The position numbers were made by a program, and so were the translations under genes. A DNA stretch of 36,682 bases from the IMG/VR virus record IMGVR_UViG_3300038429_000032, positions 1 through 36,682 of that record; one strand, 5' to 3'. Shown here piece by piece: positions 10,208 to 17,160 of this stretch; positions within the stretch are counted from its first letter, which is position 1; each line of letters opens with the position of its first letter. Below the pieces are notes generated by a model. That model was not told where the DNA came from and did not search any database. It saw nothing but the letters and a program-made list of their open reading frames with translations. This stretch comes from a virus (taxonomy: Duplodnaviria; Caudoviricetes).

Positions 10208-10306
10208 ACGCGGGAACAAACGACAGCGGGAACGTATGCGCGCAACGGCTTTCGCCGTCCGCCTTCACGCTCCTCAGGCGAAGTAACCGCCATCTACGCC
10301 ACGCGT
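10208..10306 (-). ncRNA. Y RNA-like gene without tRNA-like domain
   Basis: Terminal stem ACGCG/CGCGT; same TGGCGTAG...ACTTC and TTGTTCC motifs; inner stem GATGGCGG/CCGCTGTC; ACGGC-GAAA-GCCGT hairpin. Confidence 0.75.
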
Positions 10307-10324
10307 CTGATGCATTAAAAAAGC

Positions 10325-10456
10325 AAGGGCGGAACAATCGGCGCGGCCTTCGTATCTTCGCGCTACCACTGCGCAATGTTCGCCGAAACGAACAGGTGGA
10401 ATCGAACCACCGACTTAAGATTTGCATTGAAGTATGCCACCCCTACGCCAGCCCTT
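10325..10456 (-). ncRNA. Y RNA-like gene, YrlA-type with permuted tRNA-like domain
   Basis: Terminal stem AAGGGC/GCCCTT; TGGCGTAG; T-arm GGTGG-TTCGATT-CCACC (10395-10411); acceptor TGTTCGT-TTCG-GCGAACA; D-arm GCGC-AGTGGTA-GCGC. Confidence 0.85.
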
Positions 10457-10471
10457 TGAATTCATAAAAGA

Positions 10472-10533
10472 ACGGAGGAACAATCGCCAGGGCCTTTGTT
10501 TCAAGTGAAGGATTCCCCGGCTACGCCATCCGT
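10472..10533 (-). ncRNA. Minimal (62 nt) Y RNA-like gene
   Basis: ACGGA-TGGCGTAG-CCGGGG...CCTTC...CCCTGGC-GATTGTTCC-TCCGT; only the conserved stem module is present. Confidence 0.72.
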
Positions 10534-10616
10534 AAAGGTCGATGCGATGAGACGAGGAGTTTGGCACTACATCGACCCTCATTGTTCTTGGCTTTCTCAT
10601 CTCGTCTCTCGCAATT

Positions 10617-10645
10617 CTTATAACACACGTTGATAAATTTTGCAA
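10617..10645 (-). promoter_or_regulatory. Sigma70-type promoter for the Y RNA/TROVE operon
   Basis: TTGCAA-17bp-TATAAG with TG extension, minus strand. Confidence 0.7.
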
Positions 10646-10762
10646 GTTCTTTTTTATCGGGGCGCCAGAACTGCCGTCCAAAAAAACCGCCAGCGCCTTC
10701 TATCCCCTCGAAAGATTTTTTATAACCATCGCCGTATCAACGACATAGAAAAATCTTTTTAC

Positions 10763-10791
10763 TTGCTATTCGTTTTAATGAGTTTTATACT
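10763..10791 (+). promoter_or_regulatory. Divergent rightward sigma70-type promoter
   Basis: TTGCTA-17bp-TATACT in an AT-rich intergenic region. Confidence 0.7.
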
Positions 10792-11093
10792 GATGCCATG
10801 ATAAACAAGATGATGAGCAGACAGGAAGAGCCGGCGGCCACGGGGTCGAGCCTAGCCTGTCTAAAAGATATGCCGCAAGTCAACGGCAGACGTATCCGCG
10901 CAGGGGCCAGAACCCATCGCACAGACTTCGATGGGCGCGTCCCTGAGAGTCCCGGAACGGTCACGCTGTAACGGCAACATCACGACCGGATAGGGAACGA
11001 GTCGGACGCTCATAAAGAGCGGAGACCGAAAAGTTCATAAGCCGGTGACACCTCAAAACACCTCGGGGCGGCGGGCGCGGGTCCGCCTCTCTA

Positions 11094-11211
11094 TTTGAGG
11101 GCGCGAATTAATCGTAGCCGATGGCTGGGGCCGCAAGGCACCGTTGACAACGGGGTACAACATAAGCCCATCGGAGCGTTGGCAATCGCCGCTTTAAATC
11201 GCGCCTTCAAA
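11094..11211 (+). ncRNA. Putative structured RNA (multi-branch stem-loop) in early leader
   Basis: Closing stem TTTGAGGGCGCGA/TCGCGCCTTCAAA; inner CCGATGG/CCATCGG; hairpins GCC-GCAA-GGC and CCGTT-GAC-AACGG. Confidence 0.45.
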
Positions 11212-11248
11212 CGGGGACGACCCCTAATTCAACCGCAGGAGGTGTTTC

Positions 11249-11587
11249 GTGGGACAACAGTATTACCGGGAGACGACGGCGGCGGAGTGGCTCAAGGAGG
11301 CCAAGGAGGCCGTCCAGCACGCCATCGAATGTCTCGGGCAGATTTCGGGGATTGGCGTTGACGTTCGCGACGAGATATTCAACACCCCGAAGTCCAGGTG
11401 CCGCTGTTCTCAATTCGCGGTCGGCGAGCGTATCCAAGACCTAGAGGACGCGGAGGACGAAGTGGCGCGGCTCGTCTCGTACCTCGACCAGACGCCGTGG
11501 GGCGATTTGCAAGCGTGTAACGTCGAGTCATTCGAGACGTGGCGCAACAGCGCGGTCGCAGAACAGGACCGCAGAGGCGCAAGATGA
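11249..11587 (+). CDS. Hypothetical protein
   Basis: GTG start with AGGAGGT RBS; ATGA overlap downstream. Confidence 0.65.
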   Translation: MGQQYYRETTAAEWLKEAKEAVQHAIECLGQISGIGVDVRDEIFNTPKSRCRCSQFAVGERIQDLEDAEDEVARLVSYLDQTPWGDLQACNVESFETWRNSAVAEQDRRGAR

Positions 11588-11778
11588 GCGCCAAGAAGCC
11601 GGAACTCGCAATCATCGGGAAAGACGGGAACGCCTTTGCCATCCTCGCGGCGGCAGGGCGGGCGGCGCGTCGGGCCGGATGGACACAGGAGCAGAAGAAC
11701 AAAATGATGTCCGAGGCCACGTCGGGCAACTACGCACACTTGCTCCAAGTCCTGCACCAGTATTTCGAGGTCTGCTGA
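11584..11778 (+). CDS. Small phage protein (GKDGNAFAIL motif)
   Basis: ATGA overlap; GxDGNAF motif recalled from small phage proteins. Confidence 0.7.
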   Translation: MSAKKPELAIIGKDGNAFAILAAAGRAARRAGWTQEQKNKMMSEATSGNYAHLLQVLHQYFEVC

Positions 11779-11813
11779 CGCGGCAAAGCGGAAAGTCTGA
11801 AGGAGGTGTTTCT

Positions 11814-12200
11814 ATGAAAAAGACCTTATCTATGGTCTGTCTGGCGTGTATAGCGGTAGTTCTGCTATCGTCGTGCGCGGGGTTTGTGGTCGGCCTGAAT
11901 CAGTCCATCGGGAACTATGTCCCACAACCGGACCGTGCCGCCCGCTACTTCGCCGCGCATCCGTATCTTTCGGATGACATAAAGGCGGCGATTCTACGCG
12001 GCGAGGTCATCCTCGGGATGCACGGCGAGGACGTAGAGTTCCTGATGGGCGACCCCAACGAGACGAGCAACACGACGATGGCGGGGGCGGTCCTGGAGAC
12101 CTGGTCTTATCGGGTCGAGGGCTTCGGCGGGCCGCCGTCCTATACGTTCGTGTATTTCACCAACGGCGTCGTCTCCTCCGTCAGTCGGGTCAATCGTTGA
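11814..12200 (+). CDS. Lipoprotein, SmpA/OmlA(BamE)-like motif
   Basis: AGGAGG RBS; signal peptide with lipobox LSSC; GMHGEDVEFLMGDP...WSY...YFTNGVV. Confidence 0.65.
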   Translation: MKKTLSMVCLACIAVVLLSSCAGFVVGLNQSIGNYVPQPDRAARYFAAHPYLSDDIKAAILRGEVILGMHGEDVEFLMGDPNETSNTTMAGAVLETWSYRVEGFGGPPSYTFVYFTNGVVSSVSRVNR

Positions 12201-12205
12201 ACGCC

Positions 12206-12325
12206 ATGGAAACGCTCATCGAATTGTGCTTCTGTCTGGCGGCCGCGTTCGTCATCGTCTGCGTCATCGCCGGTATCGAATGGATTGCCGGCCGAGTGAC
12301 TAAAAGAGGCCGGAGGCTGATATGA
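12206..12325 (+). CDS. 39-aa single-TM protein
   Basis: Manual translation METLIELCFCLAAAFVIVCVIAGIEW...; ATGA overlap with next gene. Confidence 0.45.
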   Translation: METLIELCFCLAAAFVIVCVIAGIEWIAGRVTKRGRRLI

Positions 12326-12852
12326 GCGCATCTGGCGCGGGCGGCATCATCTACGTCACGACTTGCCTAGTCAATGGCAAGCAATATGTAGGTCTGCACA
12401 CGCGGGGGCAGGCCGGTTATCTCGGGTCAGGCCATGTTCTTGCCAATGCCATCAAGAAATACGGGCGCGAGAATTTTGAACGCAAGACGATAGACGAATT
12501 CGGCAGCATTGAGGAAGGTTGCGCTAAGGAGCGGTACTGGATTTCCGAGATGAACACAAAAGCCCCGCATGGCTATAACCTCAACGGCGGCGGTGAGGGG
12601 CAATTTAATCCATGCGAAGAGACGAGGGCCAAAATCAGCGCGAATAATGGCTCACGTAGCCCGGAGGCGAGGGCCAAGTTAAGCGCGGCCGGGATGGGCA
12701 ACAAGAACCTCCTAGGTTACCGCCACTCCGACGAGGCGAGGGCCAAAATCAGCGCGAATAGCGGCTCACATAGACCGGAGGTTAGGGCCAAGGTCAGCGC
12801 GGCTCGTGTGGCTTATTGGGCGAAGCGGAAAGCAATAGAGGCTACCCCATGA
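12322..12852 (+). CDS. Free-standing GIY-YIG homing endonuclease with NUMOD3-like repeats
   Basis: IIYVTTCLVNGKQYVG, YLGSG, GYN; repeated E(T/A)RAKIS units. Confidence 0.85.
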   Translation: MSASGAGGIIYVTTCLVNGKQYVGLHTRGQAGYLGSGHVLANAIKKYGRENFERKTIDEFGSIEEGCAKERYWISEMNTKAPHGYNLNGGGEGQFNPCEETRAKISANNGSRSPEARAKLSAAGMGNKNLLGYRHSDEARAKISANSGSHRPEVRAKVSAARVAYWAKRKAIEATP

Positions 12853-13034
12853 CGACGCTCAAGGGGCAACTTCATCGGACGGTTCAATGTCCGCACATGG
12901 CGCGCCCAATCGTCGTGACGTTGGACGCAGAGACGAAGCGCATCGGCTTTCGTGAGAAGGGGTGTCGGCACGTCTATTGGCTTCCCATTCAGACCATTTT
13001 TACGATGGCCATCAAGGCGGGGAATGCCGAATAG
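12849..13034 (+). CDS. Hypothetical protein
   Basis: ATGA overlap (MTTLKGQLHR); followed by a terminator. Confidence 0.6.
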   Translation: MTTLKGQLHRTVQCPHMARPIVVTLDAETKRIGFREKGCRHVYWLPIQTIFTMAIKAGNAE

Positions 13035-13040
13035 GCAACT

Positions 13041-13077
13041 AGGGCCGGGGAGAGCAATCTTCCCGGCCCTTTTTTTT
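13041..13077 (+). terminator. Rho-independent terminator
   Basis: AGGGCCGGGGAGA-GCAA-TCTTCCCGGCCCT followed by T-tract. Confidence 0.9.
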
Positions 13078-13089
13078 GCCTAAAATATC

Positions 13090-13118
13090 TTGCTTTTCAC
13101 GGCGAAATGTGTTACAAC
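13090..13118 (+). promoter_or_regulatory. Putative promoter
   Basis: TTGCTT-17bp-TACAAC with TG extension, directly after the terminator; weak -10. Confidence 0.4.
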
Positions 13119-13140
13119 TTATTTATATCAAGGAGGCCGA

Positions 13141-13362
13141 ATGACAAACGTGAAAGAAAATCAATCACCCGCCGCAAAGAAATGCGCCTATAAGCCGTGT
13201 CGAAAATCGTTCACCCCAAAGCGTTCGTTCCAGCGTTACTGCTCCCGCAAGTGCGGCTGGAGCGACTGGATGGCGAACAACTATGGCACGCCGGCACACA
13301 AGAAAGTGGACGCGCTCGCCGCCCGCGTCCGAGACCTGGAAACACGGCTGAATAAGCCATGA
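13141..13362 (+). CDS. Small zinc-finger-like protein
   Basis: AAGGAGG RBS; CAYKPC...YCSRKC. Confidence 0.65.
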   Translation: MTNVKENQSPAAKKCAYKPCRKSFTPKRSFQRYCSRKCGWSDWMANNYGTPAHKKVDALAARVRDLETRLNKP

Positions 13363-13390
13363 TGAAAAATCTACGAGGAGGTAACGTAAC

Positions 13391-14353
13391 ATGACGGAGG
13401 AGAAAAAGGACGCCCTGGGAAGGCCGTCCTCGGAAAAGGTGCAGGTGCCGGACGTGGCGAACGTCCGGGCGCTTGCAAAGGACCTGCTGGACTCGGGGCT
13501 GTTCCCTGGCGTGAAGAATGTTGCGGGAGCCGTGACGGTGATCCAGGCCGGGCTCGAGCTCGGTATCCCGCCCGTCGCCGCGTTGAACACGATGGCGATC
13601 ATCAACGGCCGGCTGACACTTGAGGCGAAGGCGTTGCTGGCTATCGCCCAGAATAGAGCCGGCGTTTCCTGGCGCGTGACGCGAGAGGACGAGAAGGGCT
13701 GCGAGATCATCTTCTCTAGGCCCGGATGGCCAGACGCCGCCTCGACGTTCACAGAGGACGAAGCGAAGGCGGCCGGCCTACTCAGTAAGGCCAACTGGAA
13801 AACGTGGCCCAAAGATATGTATTTCGCTCGGGCCGCAAGTCGGGGAATCCGGCGCATCGCCCCAGATGCGGTCCTCGGCCTCTACTCGAAGGAAGAGATG
13901 ACGGACGCCACGCCGCTTAACGGACCAGCAGTAGCGACGGAAGTCAAACCCGCCGAAGTCCACTCGCCAGCGCCCGTCAAGGACGAATGGACGGACATGA
14001 GCGGGACGGTACCTGTCGGAAAACCCTATGGCGAAACGGGGCCGTCAGGCGAGGATGGGCCGGAAGCCGACCCGCTCGCCGAGGCGCATCAGCCGAAGGA
14101 CGGCAACAAGACGATCAAGCTCGTCCTTTCCGATGGCAAGGCGCGGATGTTCACGAAGGCCGAGGCGCTCAAGAAGTTCGCCAAGGTCAAGCAAGTCCTG
14201 GGCGAGGACGACTACGCGGAGATCCTGCAACTCGGCAAGTACGCCGACGCCACGCAGATTCCTGACCACTCATTGCCGCTGATGTATTCGATGCTAATCG
14301 GCCGCGTTCAGGAAAATCAAAAATATTCCGAGGGCAAAGAAGAAGAAAAATGA
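13391..14353 (+). CDS. RecT/Red-beta-like single-strand annealing protein
   Basis: GLELGIPPVAAL..AIING, NWKTWPKDMYFARA, PDAVLGLYSKEEM, acidic/Pro-rich tail. Confidence 0.75.
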   Translation: MTEEKKDALGRPSSEKVQVPDVANVRALAKDLLDSGLFPGVKNVAGAVTVIQAGLELGIPPVAALNTMAIINGRLTLEAKALLAIAQNRAGVSWRVTREDEKGCEIIFSRPGWPDAASTFTEDEAKAAGLLSKANWKTWPKDMYFARAASRGIRRIAPDAVLGLYSKEEMTDATPLNGPAVATEVKPAEVHSPAPVKDEWTDMSGTVPVGKPYGETGPSGEDGPEADPLAEAHQPKDGNKTIKLVLSDGKARMFTKAEALKKFAKVKQVLGEDDYAEILQLGKYADATQIPDHSLPLMYSMLIGRVQENQKYSEGKEEEK

Positions 14354-15018
14354 GAACTCCCGAACAGAAGACGGAAGCATTGACCGTCCTTGAAAAAGCG
14401 GACGCTATCGCCGTCGTCGATCAACCCTCGCTGACCGTTGCTAATGACTATCTCTTGCAGGTCAAGGAAATCCGGCGGCGGGTGGACGACAAGGCTAACC
14501 CCACGATTGCCGAAGCCTATCAGCACCACCGGCACCTCGTGGCTCTCAAGAAGGAACTGACGGACCCCCTGGACCGCATCGAGGCTATTTTGAAGCCCAA
14601 GATCGCTCAGTTTTTAAAAGCCGAGGACGAGCGACGTCTAGCCGCAGAGCGCGCCGCACAGCGAGCGAAAGAAGTCGCGGAGGCGAAGGCGGTTGTCGCC
14701 GCCGACAAAGCGACGGACCTCATCCACGAGGGCCGGCTCGACGAAGCGGAGAAGGTCGTCGAACAGGCCGCCGTTGACATCGAGGCGGTGAACGCCAGCG
14801 TGCCCCTCATTCCGGACAAGCCGGTGGCGGAGGGCGCGTCGCTTCGCACGCTGTGGGAGTGGGATGTCGAGGACGAGAGCAAAGTGCCGCGCCTGTTCCT
14901 GAAACTGGATGAGGTCAAAATAAACGGCTATGTCCGCAACATGAAGGACCAGGGCCACATCGACGGCATCCACATCTACAAGACGACGACTGTCGCGTCG
15001 CGAGCTGGCGCGCGATAA
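14350..15018 (+). CDS. Phage coiled-coil protein of the recombination module
   Basis: ATGA overlap; C-term WEWDVEDESKVPRLFL...IDGIHIY. Confidence 0.6.
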   Translation: MRTPEQKTEALTVLEKADAIAVVDQPSLTVANDYLLQVKEIRRRVDDKANPTIAEAYQHHRHLVALKKELTDPLDRIEAILKPKIAQFLKAEDERRLAAERAAQRAKEVAEAKAVVAADKATDLIHEGRLDEAEKVVEQAAVDIEAVNASVPLIPDKPVAEGASLRTLWEWDVEDESKVPRLFLKLDEVKINGYVRNMKDQGHIDGIHIYKTTTVASRAGAR

Positions 15019-15022
15019 CCTC

Positions 15023-15051
15023 TTGACTTTACGAGAGGTCCATGATAGGAT
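15023..15051 (+). promoter_or_regulatory. Sigma70-type promoter
   Basis: TTGACT-17bp-TAGGAT with TG extension. Confidence 0.7.
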
Positions 15052-15058
15052 TCCAGGC

Positions 15059-15197
15059 GTGAACACCGCCAATGAAACAAAGTAAATCGGCCCTGGCCTC
15101 GCAGTCTGTCCGAAACCCATTCGGGGTGCGGTGTTCACCAGCGCGAGGTCGGGGCTTTTTTATGCAAGGAAAAGCCCCGATGCCAGCAGGGCGTCGG
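15059..15197 (+). promoter_or_regulatory. Structured leader with competing helices and terminator-like hairpin
   Basis: 15059-69 pairs 15128-38; 15090-102 pairs 15143-55 followed by T6; 15149-59 pairs 15170-80. Confidence 0.55.
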
Positions 15198-15219
15198 TAT
15201 TTAACTTTAGGAGGTCTAT

Positions 15220-15507
15220 ATGAATGACTGGTACAAACTAAACTGGGAAGGCAGAGCGGCCCTTCAAGAAAAAGTCAATCGTCTCATCGACCAGAGCTTT
15301 GACGATTGCGAACTAAAGATCGACGAAGCCTGCCGCCAGCGCGATGCAGCCGAGAAGCAGTTGGCCGGGAAGGATCAAGAGATCCATGCCCTGAGGCTCG
15401 AAAATGCACGGCTGCGAGAGGGGCGCACTCTCGGCGACATCGAGAAAGACTTCGCGTTCGAGCATCGGGCCGACCAAGCGAACTTTAAGGCAAAACAAGA
15501 TACGTAA
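15220..15507 (+). CDS. Hypothetical coiled-coil protein
   Basis: AGGAGG RBS; 95 aa. Confidence 0.7.
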   Translation: MNDWYKLNWEGRAALQEKVNRLIDQSFDDCELKIDEACRQRDAAEKQLAGKDQEIHALRLENARLREGRTLGDIEKDFAFEHRADQANFKAKQDT

Positions 15508-15550
15508 TGATGCCGTGCGGCGTCGGGGCTTTTTTATTTGAAGGAGGAAC

Positions 15551-16624
15551 ATGAAAGACGATGCGATTATTGTGCGGCCCGATGATGCGCTAGAGACGGC
15601 CGAAATCCAGGAAGAGTGGTATGAGGCGCTTATCGAAGACCTCAGAGCCATCGTTGTCGAATCAGTTTTCAGGTCCCGATGGGCCACCATAGAGGGCAAG
15701 CATCAATTCGGAGAGCGTATTCTTGAGGAAAATGACAATTTTACCCGGAAGAAGATATACGCCAAAAAGATAGTCCGATTAATCGGATTATCTTTGCGGG
15801 TTCATCCTCAACGCATCTGGGAAACCATACAATTCGCAAAAAAGTATCGTCTTGATGATGCGGATACCGATGATCTTCGTGGCGTGAAGCTCACGGGGCA
15901 TCCCCGGGAAGTGCTCCCCGAAGGCAAAAACCTCAGTTGGTTTAAAATTACCCATAAATACCTTCCGGCGGCGGAACGCCAAGAACAACTCGACGCCATC
16001 GTCGTTAAGCCCAGCGAGCGGTGGATCGCCGAGATAGGCGATATCAAGGCCTACCAAACCGACCGGCGGTTCGATTTCATCATCACCGATCCGCCCTATC
16101 CAAGGGAATACTTGTCGCTTTATTCCGTCCTGGCCCGCCGCGCCAAGGAATGGCTGGCACCAGGCGGACTGCTCCTTGCTATGTGCGGGCAGTCTTATCT
16201 CGACGAAGTTTATGCCCTCCTATCGAAAGAGCTGCGCTACTACTGGACGGCGTGTTACCTCACGCCCGGGCAACCAACCCCGATCCAGGCGCGCCAAGTG
16301 AACACAAGCTGGAAGCCGATCCTAATCTATGGCCTTGATGAAAAATATAAAGGCAAAACCTTCGGCGATGTATTTAAGAGCGAAGGCGCAGATAAATCGC
16401 TCCATATCTGGGGCCAGTCCGAAAGCGGTATGCTGTCTATGATTCAGCAGGTCTGCCTTCCTGGGCAGTCGATCTTTGACCCGTTCATGGGTAGCGGCAC
16501 AACTGGCGTCGCGGCCTTGAAACATGGCTGTATTTTCCACGGCATCGATAAGGACGAGAAGTGCGTGGAAACCAGCCGCAAGAGGCTTACTGAGGAGGCC
16601 GCACATGACGCGCCAGAGGAATGA
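15551..16624 (+). CDS. DNA amino-methyltransferase (N6-A/N4-C, beta-type motif order) with extra N-terminal domain
   Basis: TDPPY precedes DPFMGSGTTG. Confidence 0.88.
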   Translation: MKDDAIIVRPDDALETAEIQEEWYEALIEDLRAIVVESVFRSRWATIEGKHQFGERILEENDNFTRKKIYAKKIVRLIGLSLRVHPQRIWETIQFAKKYRLDDADTDDLRGVKLTGHPREVLPEGKNLSWFKITHKYLPAAERQEQLDAIVVKPSERWIAEIGDIKAYQTDRRFDFIITDPPYPREYLSLYSVLARRAKEWLAPGGLLLAMCGQSYLDEVYALLSKELRYYWTACYLTPGQPTPIQARQVNTSWKPILIYGLDEKYKGKTFGDVFKSEGADKSLHIWGQSESGMLSMIQQVCLPGQSIFDPFMGSGTTGVAALKHGCIFHGIDKDEKCVETSRKRLTEEAAHDAPEE

Positions 16625-17060
16625 CGAGCATAGCACGGAACTCGGGTTATGGCTAAGGGCCGATGAGCAAGAATCAACGATTGGCAGCCGTCTCGGATAT
16701 CGCGCCACGAATATTGATTATGTTTGGGATAACTACAAAACAGGTCATTTCTTCCATCTCGAGGAAAAGCGATATATGGCGAGGCCGACGCCAGCCCAGC
16801 TTGACGTTTTTTTAAGAGAAAATGACAAGTTCAAAGAGGACCCCAAATATCACGGTTTTTATATTATTCGATTCGAAAAAACCGACCCAGATGATGGAAA
16901 ACTTTTTTTATCCAGAGTAGAGCATTGGAAAAAGGACTTTGAAGAATGGCCTCCTGGAACAGGTCATAAAAGATGCTTTACTACACTAGCCGACTCCAGC
17001 GCGGAAAAAGAAATATCCAAAACGGATTTCCTTCGGCTCCTCACGTTTACCTATTCGTAA
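16605..17060 (+). CDS. Hypothetical protein, possible PD-(D/E)XK nuclease fold
   Basis: GAGGAGG RBS (MTRQRND); NIDYV...HLEEK spacing. Confidence 0.45.
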   Translation: MTRQRNDEHSTELGLWLRADEQESTIGSRLGYRATNIDYVWDNYKTGHFFHLEEKRYMARPTPAQLDVFLRENDKFKEDPKYHGFYIIRFEKTDPDDGKLFLSRVEHWKKDFEEWPPGTGHKRCFTTLADSSAEKEISKTDFLRLLTFTYS

Positions 17061-17160
17061 TCGGAGTTCGCATGAAGCGCACCTGGATCAAGGGAGAATG
17101 AGATGTTATCACCAGAAGCCAAGATTAAGAAAAAACTCCGCAATAAGCTTTGGAGGACCT

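Noticed and set aside
10097-10411. Canonical tRNA genes or an attP tRNA fragment
   Set aside because: The T-arm precedes the D-arm, the acceptor stem is loop-closed, and there is no anticodon arm or CCA; this fits YrlA-type Y RNA
10071-10533. CRISPR array
   Set aside because: Shared motifs are only 8-9 nt, unit lengths vary from 62 to 132 nt, stems covary rather than repeat, and there are no cas genes
10056-10681. Short ORFs listed across the Y RNA region
   Set aside because: No convincing RBS or protein motifs; they overlap structured RNA units
11105-11180. Twister ribozyme (TAA...GCC...AAGCCC...GAG resemblance)
   Set aside because: Loop size and pseudoknot pairings do not fit by eye; a covariance-model search would be needed
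12322-12852. Group I intron around the GIY-YIG gene
   Set aside because: The gene overlaps its neighbours directly (ATGA on both sides), leaving no room for an intron core or split host gene
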